Positions 10,255 to 21,035 are shown, counted from the stretch's first letter. The stretch is DNA of 64,000 nucleotides from an uncultured Gemmatimonadaceae bacterium (GCA_963781585.1 CAWAGQ010000013.1:128001-192000), one strand, 5' to 3'. Numbers and translations are program-made. Notes: generated by a model from the sequence alone, not told the origin.

Positions 10255-10545
10255 ATGCTCCTTGCGCGCGTACTCGGGCGGGTCGTTGCCACCGTCAAGC
10301 AGGACACGCTGCAATCGGTGTCATTGCAGTGGATTCAGCCGTTGTCGGCGGGCGGTGAGCTGGCGGGGAAGCCGCTGGTTGCCACCGATCCCCTCGGTGC
10401 GGGTCCCGGCGAGGTCGTGGTTTACATCACAGCGCGAGAGGCCGCGCTCTCGCTCCGGAACAGTTTCGCCGCGGTGGACGCGAGCATCGTTGCGAAAGTG
10501 GACTGGTGCGACACGGAAGGCGGCCGAACGCTCGAGGCTCACTGA
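10255..10545 (+). CDS. EutN/CcmL-family bacterial microcompartment vertex (BMC-P) protein
   Basis: M.LARV.G.VVAT.K, VA.D.LGAG.GE.V and VDA.IVA.VD motifs of the EutN/CcmL family. Confidence 0.9.
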   Translation: MLLARVLGRVVATVKQDTLQSVSLQWIQPLSAGGELAGKPLVATDPLGAGPGEVVVYITAREAALSLRNSFAAVDASIVAKVDWCDTEGGRTLEAH

Positions 10546-10546
10546 G

Positions 10547-10837
10547 GTGTACCTGGCGCGGGTAGTGGGAGACGTGGTGGCGACGCACCGGCTGGAGGCG
10601 TTGGGAGGATACAAGCTGCTCCTCGTCAGGCGGCTGACGCTCGGTGATGTCGAGCAGGGCCCGGAGGTTGTGGCGCTGGATGTCATCGGCGTCGGTGCGG
10701 GCGAGAAGGTCCTTGTGGTGCAGGAAGGAAACGCGGCGCGATCGCTGTTTCGCAGCGGTCGGATCCCGGCACAGGCCGTTGTCGTGGGGGTTGTGGACCG
10801 AGTCGATCTGGAGCGCGCACTCGAGGCGGGCGCGTGA
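10547..10837 (+). CDS. Second EutN/CcmL-family BMC-P protein
   Basis: GTG start; YLARVVGDVVAT.R...L.G.KLLLV, VALD.IGVG.GE.VLV..EG.AAR and VVGVVD; forms the tail of the 9506..10837 ORF. Confidence 0.9.
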   Translation: MYLARVVGDVVATHRLEALGGYKLLLVRRLTLGDVEQGPEVVALDVIGVGAGEKVLVVQEGNAARSLFRSGRIPAQAVVVGVVDRVDLERALEAGA

Positions 10838-11811
10838 GCGAGGAACTGGGGAGGCTGGCGGAGCGGATTGCGCGCGCGTTGGCGGCCGGGGACCTGCGGC
10901 GCACGGTGGAGAAGGGAGGCGCGCACCCGGCGGGGCCCCCCCCCCGAAAACAATCTGACGAAGCCGGCGCTGACGGGCACCACCGCACCATTGCCACCGG
11001 TGGCGAATCGCTGCGCTCCGCCACCGGGGCCGGACACGACGCGTTCACGTCCACGGGCGTCCACCGCATCGCCGACTACATCGACCACACGCTGCTCAAG
11101 GCGGAGGCCACTCGCGCCGAGATCGATACGCTCTGCGATGAGGCGCGCGAGAACGACTTCGCAACCGTCTGCATCAATCCCGTCTGGGTGGCGCACTGTG
11201 CCGCGCGACTGCGTGGCAGTGGTGTTGGTGTGGCCACGGTGATCGGCTTCCCTCTGGGCGCGGTGGATTCGGAAACGAAAGCGTTCGAGGCGGAGCTCGC
11301 GGTGCGGCACGGCGCGACCGAACTTGATATGGTCGCCGCCATCGGTCACATCAAGAGCGGCGACTGGCACCATGTTTTTGACGACATCGTCGCAGTAGTC
11401 CGGGCAGCGCCCTTTACACCGGTGAAGGTCATCATCGAATCGGCGGCGCTCACGCCAATGGAGATTATTCGCGCAACGGCCCTGGCCAGGGAGGCGGGCG
11501 CCCGCTTCGTGAAGACGAGCACCGGCTTCCATAGCGCGGGAGGCGCCACCGCCGAGGCGGTAGCGCTCATGCGCCTGGTAGTGGGTGACACGCTGGGTGT
11601 GAAGGCCTCGGGTGGGGTGCGCGACTGTCCTACGGCGCTTCGCATGATCGCGAGTGGCGCGACGCGCATCGGGACATCGAGTGGCGTCGCGATGGCCAAG
11701 TGTCTTGGCCCTGGCCCGATGCCCCTTCGCGACCTCCTGTCGATCGCGGCGGACCACGCGACGCACTGCACCACGGGTGCGGGTGCGCCGCAGCGGTCCG
11801 ACGCCTACTGA
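10834..11811 (+). CDS. deoC: Deoxyribose-phosphate aldolase with N- and C-terminal extensions
   Basis: IDHTLLK, VIGFPLG, GATELDMV, KVIIE, FVKTSTGF (Schiff-base Lys), GVKASGGVR and RIGTSSG; ~75-aa N-terminal extension. Confidence 0.95.
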   Translation: MSEELGRLAERIARALAAGDLRRTVEKGGAHPAGPPPRKQSDEAGADGHHRTIATGGESLRSATGAGHDAFTSTGVHRIADYIDHTLLKAEATRAEIDTLCDEARENDFATVCINPVWVAHCAARLRGSGVGVATVIGFPLGAVDSETKAFEAELAVRHGATELDMVAAIGHIKSGDWHHVFDDIVAVVRAAPFTPVKVIIESAALTPMEIIRATALAREAGARFVKTSTGFHSAGGATAEAVALMRLVVGDTLGVKASGGVRDCPTALRMIASGATRIGTSSGVAMAKCLGPGPMPLRDLLSIAADHATHCTTGAGAPQRSDAY

Positions 11812-11820
11812 GTCCCCACC

Positions 11821-12432
11821 GTGCCTCTGATTCCACGCGACCGACAGTTCTTCGACCTCTTCAACGCGCTCTCGGCCAAGATGAAGACGGCCGCGGAGTT
11901 GCTCGAGCAGATGTTCGCCGAGCCGGCGCGTCTCGATCACTTCGTGGCCGCGATCAAGGTGGTGGAGCACGAGGCGGACTCCATCACGCATGAAGTCAGC
12001 ATCCGTATCGACAAGAGCTTCATCACGCCGCTCGATCGCGAGGATATCCACAACCTCGCGCAGGAACTCGACAACGTGTGTGATCTGATCGACGGCACCG
12101 CCCGGCGGGCCGCGATGTTCAAGCTCCGTGAGTCACGCCCGTACGCCGGCGAGCTGGCGCACCTGCTGCGCGAGTCAGTGCAGGCGCTGGACCGCGCGGT
12201 GACCGAAATCAGGAATCGCCGCGAAGTCGCCAGGCTGACCCACGAGGTCAAGCTGCTCGAAGAGCAGGGTGACGCCGCATATCAGCGCGCGGTGGAAGAC
12301 CTGTTCACGGGACATCCCGATCCGATCGAAGTCATCAAGTGGAAAGAGATCTACGATACGCTCGAGCGAGCGATCGACCGGTGTCAGACGGCGGCCATGG
12401 TGCTCGAGAGTATTTCGATCAAGAACTCGTGA
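11821..12432 (+). CDS. DUF47/PhoU-like phosphate transport regulator (PiT accessory)
   Basis: FFDLF, EHEAD, FITPLDREDI..L...LD, EEQGD and IKWKEIY..LE.AID; directly upstream of pit. Confidence 0.92.
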   Translation: MPLIPRDRQFFDLFNALSAKMKTAAELLEQMFAEPARLDHFVAAIKVVEHEADSITHEVSIRIDKSFITPLDREDIHNLAQELDNVCDLIDGTARRAAMFKLRESRPYAGELAHLLRESVQALDRAVTEIRNRREVARLTHEVKLLEEQGDAAYQRAVEDLFTGHPDPIEVIKWKEIYDTLERAIDRCQTAAMVLESISIKNS

Positions 12433-12435
12433 ATC

Positions 12436-13470
12436 GTGGCCGCCTACATCGTCGTCATCGTCGCGATCGCGTTCTGCTTCGACTTCATCAACGGTTTCCA
12501 CGATTCCGCGAATTCGATCGCGACGGTGGTGGGAACGCGCGTCCTGTCTCCGCTGGCGGCAGTCGCGTGGGCGGCATTCTTCAATTTCGTCGCGGCCTTC
12601 ACCGTCGGTACGGCGGTTGCCCGAACGGTGGGCTCCGGGATGATCGACGTCTCGCTGGTGACGCCCAACGTTATTCTGGGTGGATTGCTGGGCGCGATAA
12701 TCTGGAACCTGATCACCTGGTGGTTCGGTCTGCCCAGCAGCTCCTCGCACGCGCTGGTGGGCGGCTACGCGGGCGCCGCGGTCGCCAAGGCGGGATGGGG
12801 AGCGATCATCCCGGCCGGCTGGACGAAGACATTGTTGTTCATCGTGCTGTCGCCCCTGATTGGCCTGGTCGCCGGCTTCTGGATCATGGTCCTGTACTAC
12901 CGCATCCTTCAGCACGTCCCGCCGGGTCGGGTGGATGCGATCTTCCGGCGCGTGCAACTGCTCAGCGCGGCGCTCTTTTCGTACTCGCACGGGGCGAATG
13001 ACGCGCAGAAGACCATGGGGATCATCGTCGGCCTGCTGTTTTCTGCCCAGCAGGTCTTCGCGACGCAAACCGGATGGCTCAGACACCTGCATGTCGCGGA
13101 CGTCAACCGGATCCCTCTCTGGGTCGAGATGGGCGCGTATACGGCCATCGCACTTGGCACGCTGTTCGGCGGCTGGCGCATCGTCCGCACCATGGGCTCA
13201 CGTATTACCAAGCTGCGTCCGGTCGGCGGCTCAGCCGCCGAGACGGGTGGTGCGGTGGCGATCCTGATCGCCACCAGGTTCGGGATTCCGGTGAGCACCA
13301 CCCACGCGATTACCGGGTCGATCGTGGGAGTGGGGGCGACGACTCGACTCTCCGCGGTCCGGTGGGGCATCGCAGGCCGGATCGTGTGGGCATGGGTTTT
13401 CACCATCCCTGCCGCAGCCTTGATTGCCGCTATCTGCCTTCAGGGACTGGAGTTGGTCACGCGTCACTAG
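12436..13470 (+). CDS. pit: PiT-family inorganic phosphate transporter
   Basis: NGFHDSANSIAT, GLPSSSSHAL, HGANDAQK and GIPVSTTH signatures. Confidence 0.95.
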   Translation: MAAYIVVIVAIAFCFDFINGFHDSANSIATVVGTRVLSPLAAVAWAAFFNFVAAFTVGTAVARTVGSGMIDVSLVTPNVILGGLLGAIIWNLITWWFGLPSSSSHALVGGYAGAAVAKAGWGAIIPAGWTKTLLFIVLSPLIGLVAGFWIMVLYYRILQHVPPGRVDAIFRRVQLLSAALFSYSHGANDAQKTMGIIVGLLFSAQQVFATQTGWLRHLHVADVNRIPLWVEMGAYTAIALGTLFGGWRIVRTMGSRITKLRPVGGSAAETGGAVAILIATRFGIPVSTTHAITGSIVGVGATTRLSAVRWGIAGRIVWAWVFTIPAAALIAAICLQGLELVTRH

Positions 13471-13687
13471 CGGCCAAGGCAGATGGCCCTTCCGGTTCCG
13501 CAGGCCGAACGTCATTGGTCCGCAAGTCATCGGGTCCCTTGCTGCGCAAGACGATGCGGCGCAACGATTTCGCCATCGTTACATCCGTCCGGCTGTGGCA
13601 GTCTGACGCGCGGCTGCCGGAAGGGCGATATTTGAGGCTGTTCTGACGACGGCTCCTGAGCCGTCTCGTGCTCTCAACCTGCGGGTC

Positions 13688-15904
13688 ATGACCGACACAG
13701 CCACAATCCCGTCGCTCTTCTCCAATCGGGAGCTGAGCTGGCTGGAGTTCAACGCGCGGGTTCTTCACGAGGCCCTGGACGAACGCACCCCTCTCCTTGA
13801 ACGGCTGAAGTTCCTTTCGATCTTCAGCACGAATCTGGATGAGTTCTTCATGGTGCGCGTGGCGGCGCTCCGACGACAGGTCGCTGCGGGAGTGCAACTG
13901 ACACTCGCCGACGGAATGAGTGCCCAGGCTCAGCTCGACGAGATCGATCGGCGCGTCCGCGAGCTGATGCAACAGCAGCGCGAGTGCCTCCACGAGGCTG
14001 TCCTCCCGGCGCTCGAGAAGGTGGGGGTGCGGCTGCTCACGATGAACGACCTCAGCGCCGAGGAACGAGCGTCGGTCGACCAGTTCTTCGAGTCGCAGGT
14101 GTTCCCCGTCCTCACGCCGCTGGCGGTCGACCCGGGTCACCCGTTCCCGTACATCTCCAATCTTTCGCTCTCGCTGGCGGTTCAGGTGCGCGATGACGCG
14201 CGCAACGGAGGACACTTCGCGCGGGTGAAAGTGCCGAAGAGCCTGCCACGCTGGGTACCGGTTGGTGGAAGCCGCGCGCACCACTTCGTGCCGCTGGAGG
14301 ACGTGATCGGGGCGCACCTCGAGAAGCTGTTCCCGGGAATGGAGGTTCTGGGATGGCACACGTTCCGGATCACCCGCTATTCCGATCTCGACGTTCCCGC
14401 CTCAGACGAGCCCGATGATCTGCTTGCGCTCATCGAAGCCCAGATCTTCGAGCGCCGCTTCGGAGAGGTGCTGCGGCTGGAGGTGGAGACCGGGATGCCG
14501 CAGCACATTCAGGAGCTTCTCCTGAACGAACTGCGCGAAGGGACCGAGCCGGACGTGCTCGCGCTCACCGAGCGCGACGTCTTCGACGCCGGTCCGTTGC
14601 TCGAGCTGGGCGACCTGATGGGTCTTTCCTCGCTTGAGATTCCGGAATTGCGGGATCCGCCGTTCTCGCCGGTGACGCCGCCGGAACTGCGGGATCCCGA
14701 TCGCTCGATCTTCGATGTCGTGCGCCAGCACGATCTCCTGGTGCATCACCCGTTCGAGTCCTTCGGCGCCACGGTAGAGCGTTTTCTGGACGCTGCCGCC
14801 GAGGACGACAGCGTGCTCGCTATCAAGCTGACGCTGTACCGTACGTCGGGCGACACGGCGATCGTCCGGGCGCTGGCCGAAGCGGCGCAGCGCGGCAAGC
14901 AGGTGGCGGTGCTGGTCGAGCTACAGGCCCGATTCGACGAGATCAACAACATCAACTGGGCACGGACGCTGGAGAGCTACGGCGTCCACGTCGCGTACGG
15001 GCTGCCGGGACTGAAGACGCACGCCAAGATCGCCCTCGTCGTGCGACGCGAGGCGGATGGCATCCGCCGTTATGTGCATATCGGGTCGGGGAACTACAAC
15101 TCCCGCACGGCGCGGCTGTACACGGATTTCGGTCTGCTGACCTGCAATCCGGAGATCGGCGCGGACGTGAGCGAGCTATTCAACCTGCTTACCGGCTTTT
15201 CGCGCCAGCGGGAGTACCGCAAGCTGCTGGTGGCGCCGGCGAACCTGAAGGACCGGTGCATCGAACTGATCCGGCGGGAAGCCGAGCACGCGAGGCAGAG
15301 CAGGCCGGCGCGGATCATCGCGAAGATGAACGCTCTGGTGGCTCCGGAGATCATTACCGAGCTGTACGAGGCGTCACAGGCCGGGGTCGACGTCAGTCTC
15401 ATCGTTCGGGGAATCTGCTGTCTGCGTCCGGGCGTCGCCGGCCTGAGCGAGCGAATCAATGTGATCAGCGTGATCGGGCGGTTTCTCGAGCACTCGCGCC
15501 TGTTCTATTTCGCCAACGGCGGAGCCGAGGAATTCTACATGGGCTCCGCCGACTGGATGCCGCGCAATCTCGACCGGCGGGTCGAGGTCGTGGTGCCGAT
15601 CGAGGATCGGTCCTTCTACCGGCGCCTGACGACGCTGCTCGAGACGTACCTGTCCGACTACCGGCAGGCCTGGGAGCTGCGGGGAGACGGGACGTACGTG
15701 CAGCGCGCGCCTGTCAGCGACGACGACATGGGTTCGCAACGCCGGTTGATGCGCGATCCGTGGGGCCTGGACCGGACCGAATCGCGCTACCAGACGCAGG
15801 AATTCCGTACGGCAGCTCTCACGCCACCTCCGGAGCCGCACGACCACAATGTGGTGCTGGTAAACGGCCGGAGAAAACGGGCCGGGAAGAGGCGCGGAGA
15901 GTAG
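13688..15904 (+). CDS. ppk1: Polyphosphate kinase 1
   Basis: NRELSWLEFN.RVL, NLDEFFMVRV, HPFP, ARFDE..N, LKTHAK, GRFLEHSR and SADWM.RNLDRRVE. Confidence 0.97.
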   Translation: MTDTATIPSLFSNRELSWLEFNARVLHEALDERTPLLERLKFLSIFSTNLDEFFMVRVAALRRQVAAGVQLTLADGMSAQAQLDEIDRRVRELMQQQRECLHEAVLPALEKVGVRLLTMNDLSAEERASVDQFFESQVFPVLTPLAVDPGHPFPYISNLSLSLAVQVRDDARNGGHFARVKVPKSLPRWVPVGGSRAHHFVPLEDVIGAHLEKLFPGMEVLGWHTFRITRYSDLDVPASDEPDDLLALIEAQIFERRFGEVLRLEVETGMPQHIQELLLNELREGTEPDVLALTERDVFDAGPLLELGDLMGLSSLEIPELRDPPFSPVTPPELRDPDRSIFDVVRQHDLLVHHPFESFGATVERFLDAAAEDDSVLAIKLTLYRTSGDTAIVRALAEAAQRGKQVAVLVELQARFDEINNINWARTLESYGVHVAYGLPGLKTHAKIALVVRREADGIRRYVHIGSGNYNSRTARLYTDFGLLTCNPEIGADVSELFNLLTGFSRQREYRKLLVAPANLKDRCIELIRREAEHARQSRPARIIAKMNALVAPEIITELYEASQAGVDVSLIVRGICCLRPGVAGLSERINVISVIGRFLEHSRLFYFANGGAEEFYMGSADWMPRNLDRRVEVVVPIEDRSFYRRLTTLLETYLSDYRQAWELRGDGTYVQRAPVSDDDMGSQRRLMRDPWGLDRTESRYQTQEFRTAALTPPPEPHDHNVVLVNGRRKRAGKRRGE

Positions 15905-15930
15905 ACCAGGTCAGCGCGCCGGGTGGCGCA

Positions 15931-17607
15931 TCACCGGCGCGATCGGGACTCTTCGCCAGCGGGAGGTTCGCGGACGACGGTCCCATCGGGCGCCACGATC
16001 TCCACAGGTCGTCCGGCCACTTTCTCCAGGAGCCGCGCCTTGCGGCTGGCCCCCCAGAGCTCAAGCCGAACCGAGCGCGCCCGCGGATCGGGCTCGGCCG
16101 TGAGGCGGATGGCGCGCGCCAGCGTGCGGACCTTGATGCGACCGACGGCGCCGACGTGACCGCGGTCGAAGCCATCGGCGATGCGCAGGATGGCCGACAG
16201 GCGACGGATGCGGCGGCGGGTGTCCCGGTCCAGGGAGGCGTACTGGCGATGCTTGCGTCGCGGTGGGGCGCCACGATGGTATCGCGCGACGTGGGCGATG
16301 ACCACCTGTTCCTCGGGCGGCACTCCCAGCAACTCGGCGTGCGAGATGAGATGGAAGGAGTGCTTGTGATGCTGGTCGTAGTTGATGTGATATCCGGTAT
16401 CGTGCAGCAGGGCGGCGTCGGCCAGGATGCGTCGCTCGACCGCTTCGCATCCCAGACGGGCGCCGACAGCGTCGAAGACCTGCAGGGCGAGCTTCTGGAC
16501 GTGCTGCGCGTGAAAGGACTCATAGTGGCAACGCTCGGCAAAGGCCCGCACCGAGCGCTCCCGCGCTTCGCCGGGATCTGCGACCTGGGGAGCCACCCGT
16601 GCGCTCTCCAGCAGGATGCCTTCGCGAATACCGTAGCCCGAGCAGATGATCTCGCGGGCTTCGACGCGCGCGATGACCTCGGAGGCGACGACCAACCCGC
16701 CCAGGATGATGTCGGCGCGGCCCGGATTGAGTCCGGGCACGTGCATGCGTTCGTCGGGCGTGAGTTGCTGCAGGGCGTCGATGATGTGCTCGAGCTCCTC
16801 ACGCGGCACGCGTGTGTCGTGCACGCGGCCGTCGAAGGGAAGGCCGCGCCGCGCCAGACACATGGCGCCGAGGTTGGTGAATGTTCCTCCCGATCCGATG
16901 AGCTGTGCGCCGCGCCAGTCCTTGACCGGGAGCACGCGACGGATGTCGTCGTGGATGGCATCGCGCAGCCGCTTCAGATGTTTGCGCCGTGGTCGGTCCC
17001 CCAGAAACTGCTCGGTCATGCGCATGGCTCCGAAGGGCAGCGAGATGAGCCGCTCGACGAGTCCGTCGGCACTCATCGTGAGCTCCAGCGACCCGCCCCC
17101 GATGTCCATGACGACCGCGCGCCCGACCCCGAGGTCGAAATGCGCCAGCGCGGAGCGGAACGACAGGCGGGCCTCCTCCTCGCCGTCGAGCACGCGGACT
17201 TTCAATCCGGCCTCCCGCCGGACGCGCTCGATGAACACGCGGCGATTCGTCGCCTCGCGCACGGCGCTGGTCGCCACGGCGTCGATACGGGCCGCTCCCA
17301 TCTGCCTCGCCAGCATCGCCATGCGCTGGAGGGCCTCGACGGACTGCTGCATTGCATCTTCCGAGAGGAGACCGCTCTGGGCGAGGTCCGCGCCGAGTCG
17401 CGGGGCCGCCTTCATTTCATCGACCACCCGGATGGCGCCCGACGGCGCGACGTCGGCAATGATCTGCCGGATGGAATTGGATCCGATGTCGATGGCGGCG
17501 AGCCGGAGGGGATGGGGTTCGGCGTGACCCCTCGAATGGAGATCGAACACCCGCACCCGCGGGGTGGTTACCGACCGCACGGCGGGAGACGGTACGCGGG
17601 GAGCCAC
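15931..17607 (-). CDS. ppx: Ppx/GppA exopolyphosphatase with C-terminal HD domain
   Basis: AAIDIGSNS, ATSAVREA.N, DIGGGSLE, GIREG and AALLHD.G; the start may be nearer 17550. Confidence 0.93.
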   Translation of the reverse strand: MAPRVPSPAVRSVTTPRVRVFDLHSRGHAEPHPLRLAAIDIGSNSIRQIIADVAPSGAIRVVDEMKAAPRLGADLAQSGLLSEDAMQQSVEALQRMAMLARQMGAARIDAVATSAVREATNRRVFIERVRREAGLKVRVLDGEEEARLSFRSALAHFDLGVGRAVVMDIGGGSLELTMSADGLVERLISLPFGAMRMTEQFLGDRPRRKHLKRLRDAIHDDIRRVLPVKDWRGAQLIGSGGTFTNLGAMCLARRGLPFDGRVHDTRVPREELEHIIDALQQLTPDERMHVPGLNPGRADIILGGLVVASEVIARVEAREIICSGYGIREGILLESARVAPQVADPGEARERSVRAFAERCHYESFHAQHVQKLALQVFDAVGARLGCEAVERRILADAALLHDTGYHINYDQHHKHSFHLISHAELLGVPPEEQVVIAHVARYHRGAPPRRKHRQYASLDRDTRRRIRRLSAILRIADGFDRGHVGAVGRIKVRTLARAIRLTAEPDPRARSVRLELWGASRKARLLEKVAGRPVEIVAPDGTVVREPPAGEESRSRR

Positions 17608-17709
17608 GACCAGACAGCGAGGGACGAACGAGCGCGACGCCTGATGCGTCGGATGCGGAGGCAGTCGTGCGCTCCCTGCTGCCTGACGAGAGATCTCGTG
17701 TGAACGCTC

Positions 17710-18429
17710 CTATCCGGCGGCAGCGCCGGTGTCGGGCTCCATATGCAGTTCCCGTTCCGCATGATGTTTAATCTGTTTCCCCTCCGCGAGGTAGACCGCA
17801 TCTTCAGCAATGTTGGTGGCGAGGTCGGCTACCCGCTCCAGGTTCCTGCCCACGAGCAGCAGCTCCAGGGACGGGGTGATCATGCGGGGGTCGGCCATCA
17901 TGTGGGTGAGGAGGGTGCGGAAGAGCGCGTCGTGGAGCGAGTCCACCTGGTCGTCGCGCCGGCAGACGTCCCGGCCCAGCACGCCGTCGGCACGCACGAA
18001 GGCGTCGAGCGCGTCGCCGAGCATGCGTCGCGCCCGCCGGGCCATGTCCTCAATGGCGGGATCGATCCGCAGCAGCCGCTGCTCGTGGAGGTGCTGCGCC
18101 GACTGCGCGATATTGACGGCGTGATCACCCACCCGTTCCAGATCACTGGAGATCTTGATGGCGGTGATGACGAAGCGCAGGTCGCGGGCCATCGGCTGCT
18201 GCAGGGCGAGCAGCTCGATGGCGAGGTGCTCCACTTCCAGTTCGAGCTGATCCACTTCGCGGTCGCCCTGGATCACGGACTCCGCTTTGTCAGCGTCCCG
18301 CGTGAGCATCGCGTCCACGGCGAGGTCGACCAGCTCTTCGGCGCGCGCGGACATGTCGAGCAAGCGCTGTTTCAGCGTCGCCAGCTGGGCGTGGAAATGA
18401 CGGGCAGTAACGGCCTCGACGGAACTCAT
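17710..18429 (-). CDS. phoU: Phosphate signalling protein PhoU
   Basis: [26 protein letters not shown] and [14 protein letters not shown]. Confidence 0.96.
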   Translation of the reverse strand: MSSVEAVTARHFHAQLATLKQRLLDMSARAEELVDLAVDAMLTRDADKAESVIQGDREVDQLELEVEHLAIELLALQQPMARDLRFVITAIKISSDLERVGDHAVNIAQSAQHLHEQRLLRIDPAIEDMARRARRMLGDALDAFVRADGVLGRDVCRRDDQVDSLHDALFRTLLTHMMADPRMITPSLELLLVGRNLERVADLATNIAEDAVYLAEGKQIKHHAERELHMEPDTGAAAG

Positions 18430-19298
18430 CCGAACCTCCCGGTAACGTACGCCTCGGTGCGTTCCTCGCGAGGAGTGGTGAAAAGTCGCTCAGTGGTGTC
18501 GACTTCTACCAGACGCCCGAGGTAAAAAAACGCCGTTCGGTCCGACACCCGTGCCGCCTGTTGCAGATTGTGTGTCACGATCACGATCGTCAACTCCGCC
18601 TTGAGCTCGTACAGCAGCTCTTCGATCTTCTGGGTGGCGATGGGGTCGAGCGCGGAGCAGGGCTCGTCGAGCAGCAGCACCTCGGGTTGATTGGCGAGCG
18701 CCCGGGCGATGCACAGCCGCTGCTGCTGGCCGCCCGAGAGACTGAGCGCGTTGTGCCGCAGGCGATCCTTGACCTCGTCCCAGAGCGCGGCACGGCGGAG
18801 CGCGGACTCGACGGTCGCCTCCAGGTCGGCGCGCGACAGATCACCGTTGATGCGCGGACCATACGCCACGTTGTCGTAGACGGACTTCGGGAATGGATTG
18901 GATCGCTGAAAGACCATTCCGACACGCTGGCGCAGCTGGACGAGGTCCACCGTGGGCGCGTGAATGTCCACGCCATCGAGAAAGATGCTCCCTTCATACC
19001 GAATACCGGGGATGAGCGCGTTGAGACGATTGATGGACCGGAGAAAGGTGGACTTCCCGCACCCCGACGGGCCGATGAGCGCGGTCACCATTTGCGGGTT
19101 GATGCCGAGCGAGATGTCGTACAGGGCCTGCTTGCCACCGTACCAGAACGAGAACTGCCGTGCCTCGATGGTTCCGGATGGCGAGGTCCCGTCGGACGGA
19201 GTCGGAATCGGCGCGGGACGTGCCTGGTCGCGTACCTCCTGTCTCGCCGGCATCGGATCCGGCGGGGCCGGCGACCCCGGAGGGAGCGACGCGCTCAT
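18426..19298 (-). CDS. pstB: Phosphate ABC transporter ATP-binding protein
   Basis: [41 protein letters not shown] and C-terminal YVTGRFG. Confidence 0.96.
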   Translation of the reverse strand: MSASLPPGSPAPPDPMPARQEVRDQARPAPIPTPSDGTSPSGTIEARQFSFWYGGKQALYDISLGINPQMVTALIGPSGCGKSTFLRSINRLNALIPGIRYEGSIFLDGVDIHAPTVDLVQLRQRVGMVFQRSNPFPKSVYDNVAYGPRINGDLSRADLEATVESALRRAALWDEVKDRLRHNALSLSGGQQQRLCIARALANQPEVLLLDEPCSALDPIATQKIEELLYELKAELTIVIVTHNLQQAARVSDRTAFFYLGRLVEVDTTERLFTTPREERTEAYVTGRFG

Positions 19299-20131
19299 CC
19301 AAAGCGGCCGGTGATGTAGGCCTCGGTGCGTGAGTCGCGGGGGGTGGTAAAGAGTGCGCGGGTGGCTGCAGTCTCGACGAGCTCACCGAACAGCATGAAC
19401 GCTGCGTGTTCGGAGACGCGCGCGGCCTGCTGCATGTTGTGGGTGACGATGACCACCGTCACGGTGTCGCGGAGCTCGTACACCAGGTCCTCCACTTTCT
19501 GTGTGCTCAACGGGTCGAGCGACGCCGTGGGCTCGTCGAGCAGGAGGACGCTGGGACGGGTGGCGAGGGCGCGCGCGATGCAGAGCCGCTGCTGCTGCCC
19601 ACCGGAGAGCGCGGTGGCGGATTCCCGCAGCCGATCCTTGACCTCGTCCCAGAGCGCCGCACGTCGCAGGGACTGCTCCACGACGGCGTCCGTGTCGGCG
19701 CGACCAAGGTGCGCACCGCGCATTCCCCGCAACCCGGAGGCGACGTTGTCGCGAATCGACATGGTCGGGAAGGGCGTCGGGCGCTGGAAGACCATGCCCA
19801 CGTGGCGGCGCACCTCGATGGGATTCACGCCGCGTGCGTAGATGTCGGTTCCATCGAGTAGAACCTCTCCCTCCACGCGCCCGCCGGAGACCGTTTCATG
19901 CATGCGGTTGAGACAGCGGAGCAGCGTGGACTTCCCGCACCCGGACGGACCGATGATGGCGGTCACCCGGCGATCGGCCAGATCGATGGACGCGCCGCTC
20001 ACGGCGCGGCGGGCGCCATAGTAGGCGTCGAGCTGTCGCACTGCCACCCGAATCCTGACCGCTGGGTCGGTGGGTGCTTCGACGGCGCGCGTGGTGACGC
20101 GTGGGCGCACCAGATCAGCCAACTCAGTCAC
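19295..20131 (-). CDS. pstB: Phosphate ABC transporter ATP-binding protein (second copy)
   Basis: Same motifs; ends YITGRFG; overlaps both neighbours. Confidence 0.95.
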   Translation of the reverse strand: MTELADLVRPRVTTRAVEAPTDPAVRIRVAVRQLDAYYGARRAVSGASIDLADRRVTAIIGPSGCGKSTLLRCLNRMHETVSGGRVEGEVLLDGTDIYARGVNPIEVRRHVGMVFQRPTPFPTMSIRDNVASGLRGMRGAHLGRADTDAVVEQSLRRAALWDEVKDRLRESATALSGGQQQRLCIARALATRPSVLLLDEPTASLDPLSTQKVEDLVYELRDTVTVVIVTHNMQQAARVSEHAAFMLFGELVETAATRALFTTPRDSRTEAYITGRFG

Positions 20132-21035
20132 CGGCTCCTCCGTGTCGCTGGCGTGTCACGAATCGCGCGGCGAGGCTGATCACGAGCACCAGCGCAATGA
20201 GGACAAGGGCGCCAGCCCACGCAAGGCGGTGCCACTCATCGAAGGGGCCAATGGCATACTGATAAATCTGCAGCGGGAGAGCGGCGATAGGCTGTTGTAA
20301 CGACACAGACCAGAAGTTGTTACCGAACGCGGTAAAAAGCAGCGGCGCCGTCTCGCCGGCGATACGGGCGATGGCGACGAGTGCGGCGGTCACAATGCCC
20401 GGCAGGGCGGTACGGAGCACGACCGACAGGGACGTGCGCCAGCGGGGGTACCCGAGGGCAAGCGCGGCCTCGCGCAGGGCATCGGGCACCGTGCGCACCA
20501 TCTCTTCAGTGGCACGCGTCACGAGCGGCAACATCATTGCTCCCAGGGCCAGGCCACCGGCCACGGCGGAGAAGTGTCCAGCCGGACGTACAAGGGCCTG
20601 CCAGATGAAAATGCCCATGACGATGGAGGGCAGTCCATTCAGCACGTCGGACAGGAAGCGCACGCTGGTCGCCAGACGCGCGCCGCGATGCTCCGCGAGG
20701 TAGACGCCGGCGCCGACACCAACGGGCAACCCGATGACCGAGGCCGCGCCAATGAGAATCAGGGTCCCGACGATGCCGTTGGCCATACCGCCACCCGATT
20801 CCAGTGCCGGCCGGGGGTTGCGGGTGAAGAAAGAGAGGTTGATCGACGACGCGCCCTGTCGGAGCAGGTGCCAGAGAATGAGCATGAGGGGCAGTGTTGC
20901 CAGCACGGCCGCGACCCCCATGAGTCCGAGCATCACCGCGCTCACGGCCCGGCGCGCACGCATCGAGCGGCGCTGCGGACGCGGTGTGCGGCGCCGCGGT
21001 GGCCCGCGCACCGTATCCCATCGGGCAACGGTCAT
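20124..21035 (-). CDS. pstA: Phosphate ABC transporter permease PstA
   Basis: [37 protein letters not shown] and [12 protein letters not shown] 21035 overlaps the pstC stop. Confidence 0.94.
   Translation of the reverse strand: MTVARWDTVRGPPRRRTPRPQRRSMRARRAVSAVMLGLMGVAAVLATLPLMLILWHLLRQGASSINLSFFTRNPRPALESGGGMANGIVGTLILIGAASVIGLPVGVGAGVYLAEHRGARLATSVRFLSDVLNGLPSIVMGIFIWQALVRPAGHFSAVAGGLALGAMMLPLVTRATEEMVRTVPDALREAALALGYPRWRTSLSVVLRTALPGIVTAALVAIARIAGETAPLLFTAFGNNFWSVSLQQPIAALPLQIYQYAIGPFDEWHRLAWAGALVLIALVLVISLAARFVTRQRHGGAGD

Noticed and set aside
9506..10546. Long N-terminal extension on the second EutN/CcmL protein
   Set aside because: Overlaps the rhomboid and first EutN genes out of frame; the real start is GTG 10547
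15256..17703. 815-aa + strand ORF and similar long overlapping ORFs (e.g. 10321..12051, 5612..7069, 40359..41864)
   Set aside because: Antisense or alternative-frame shadows of ppx, deoC, degP and others; typical of high-GC DNA, with no motifs
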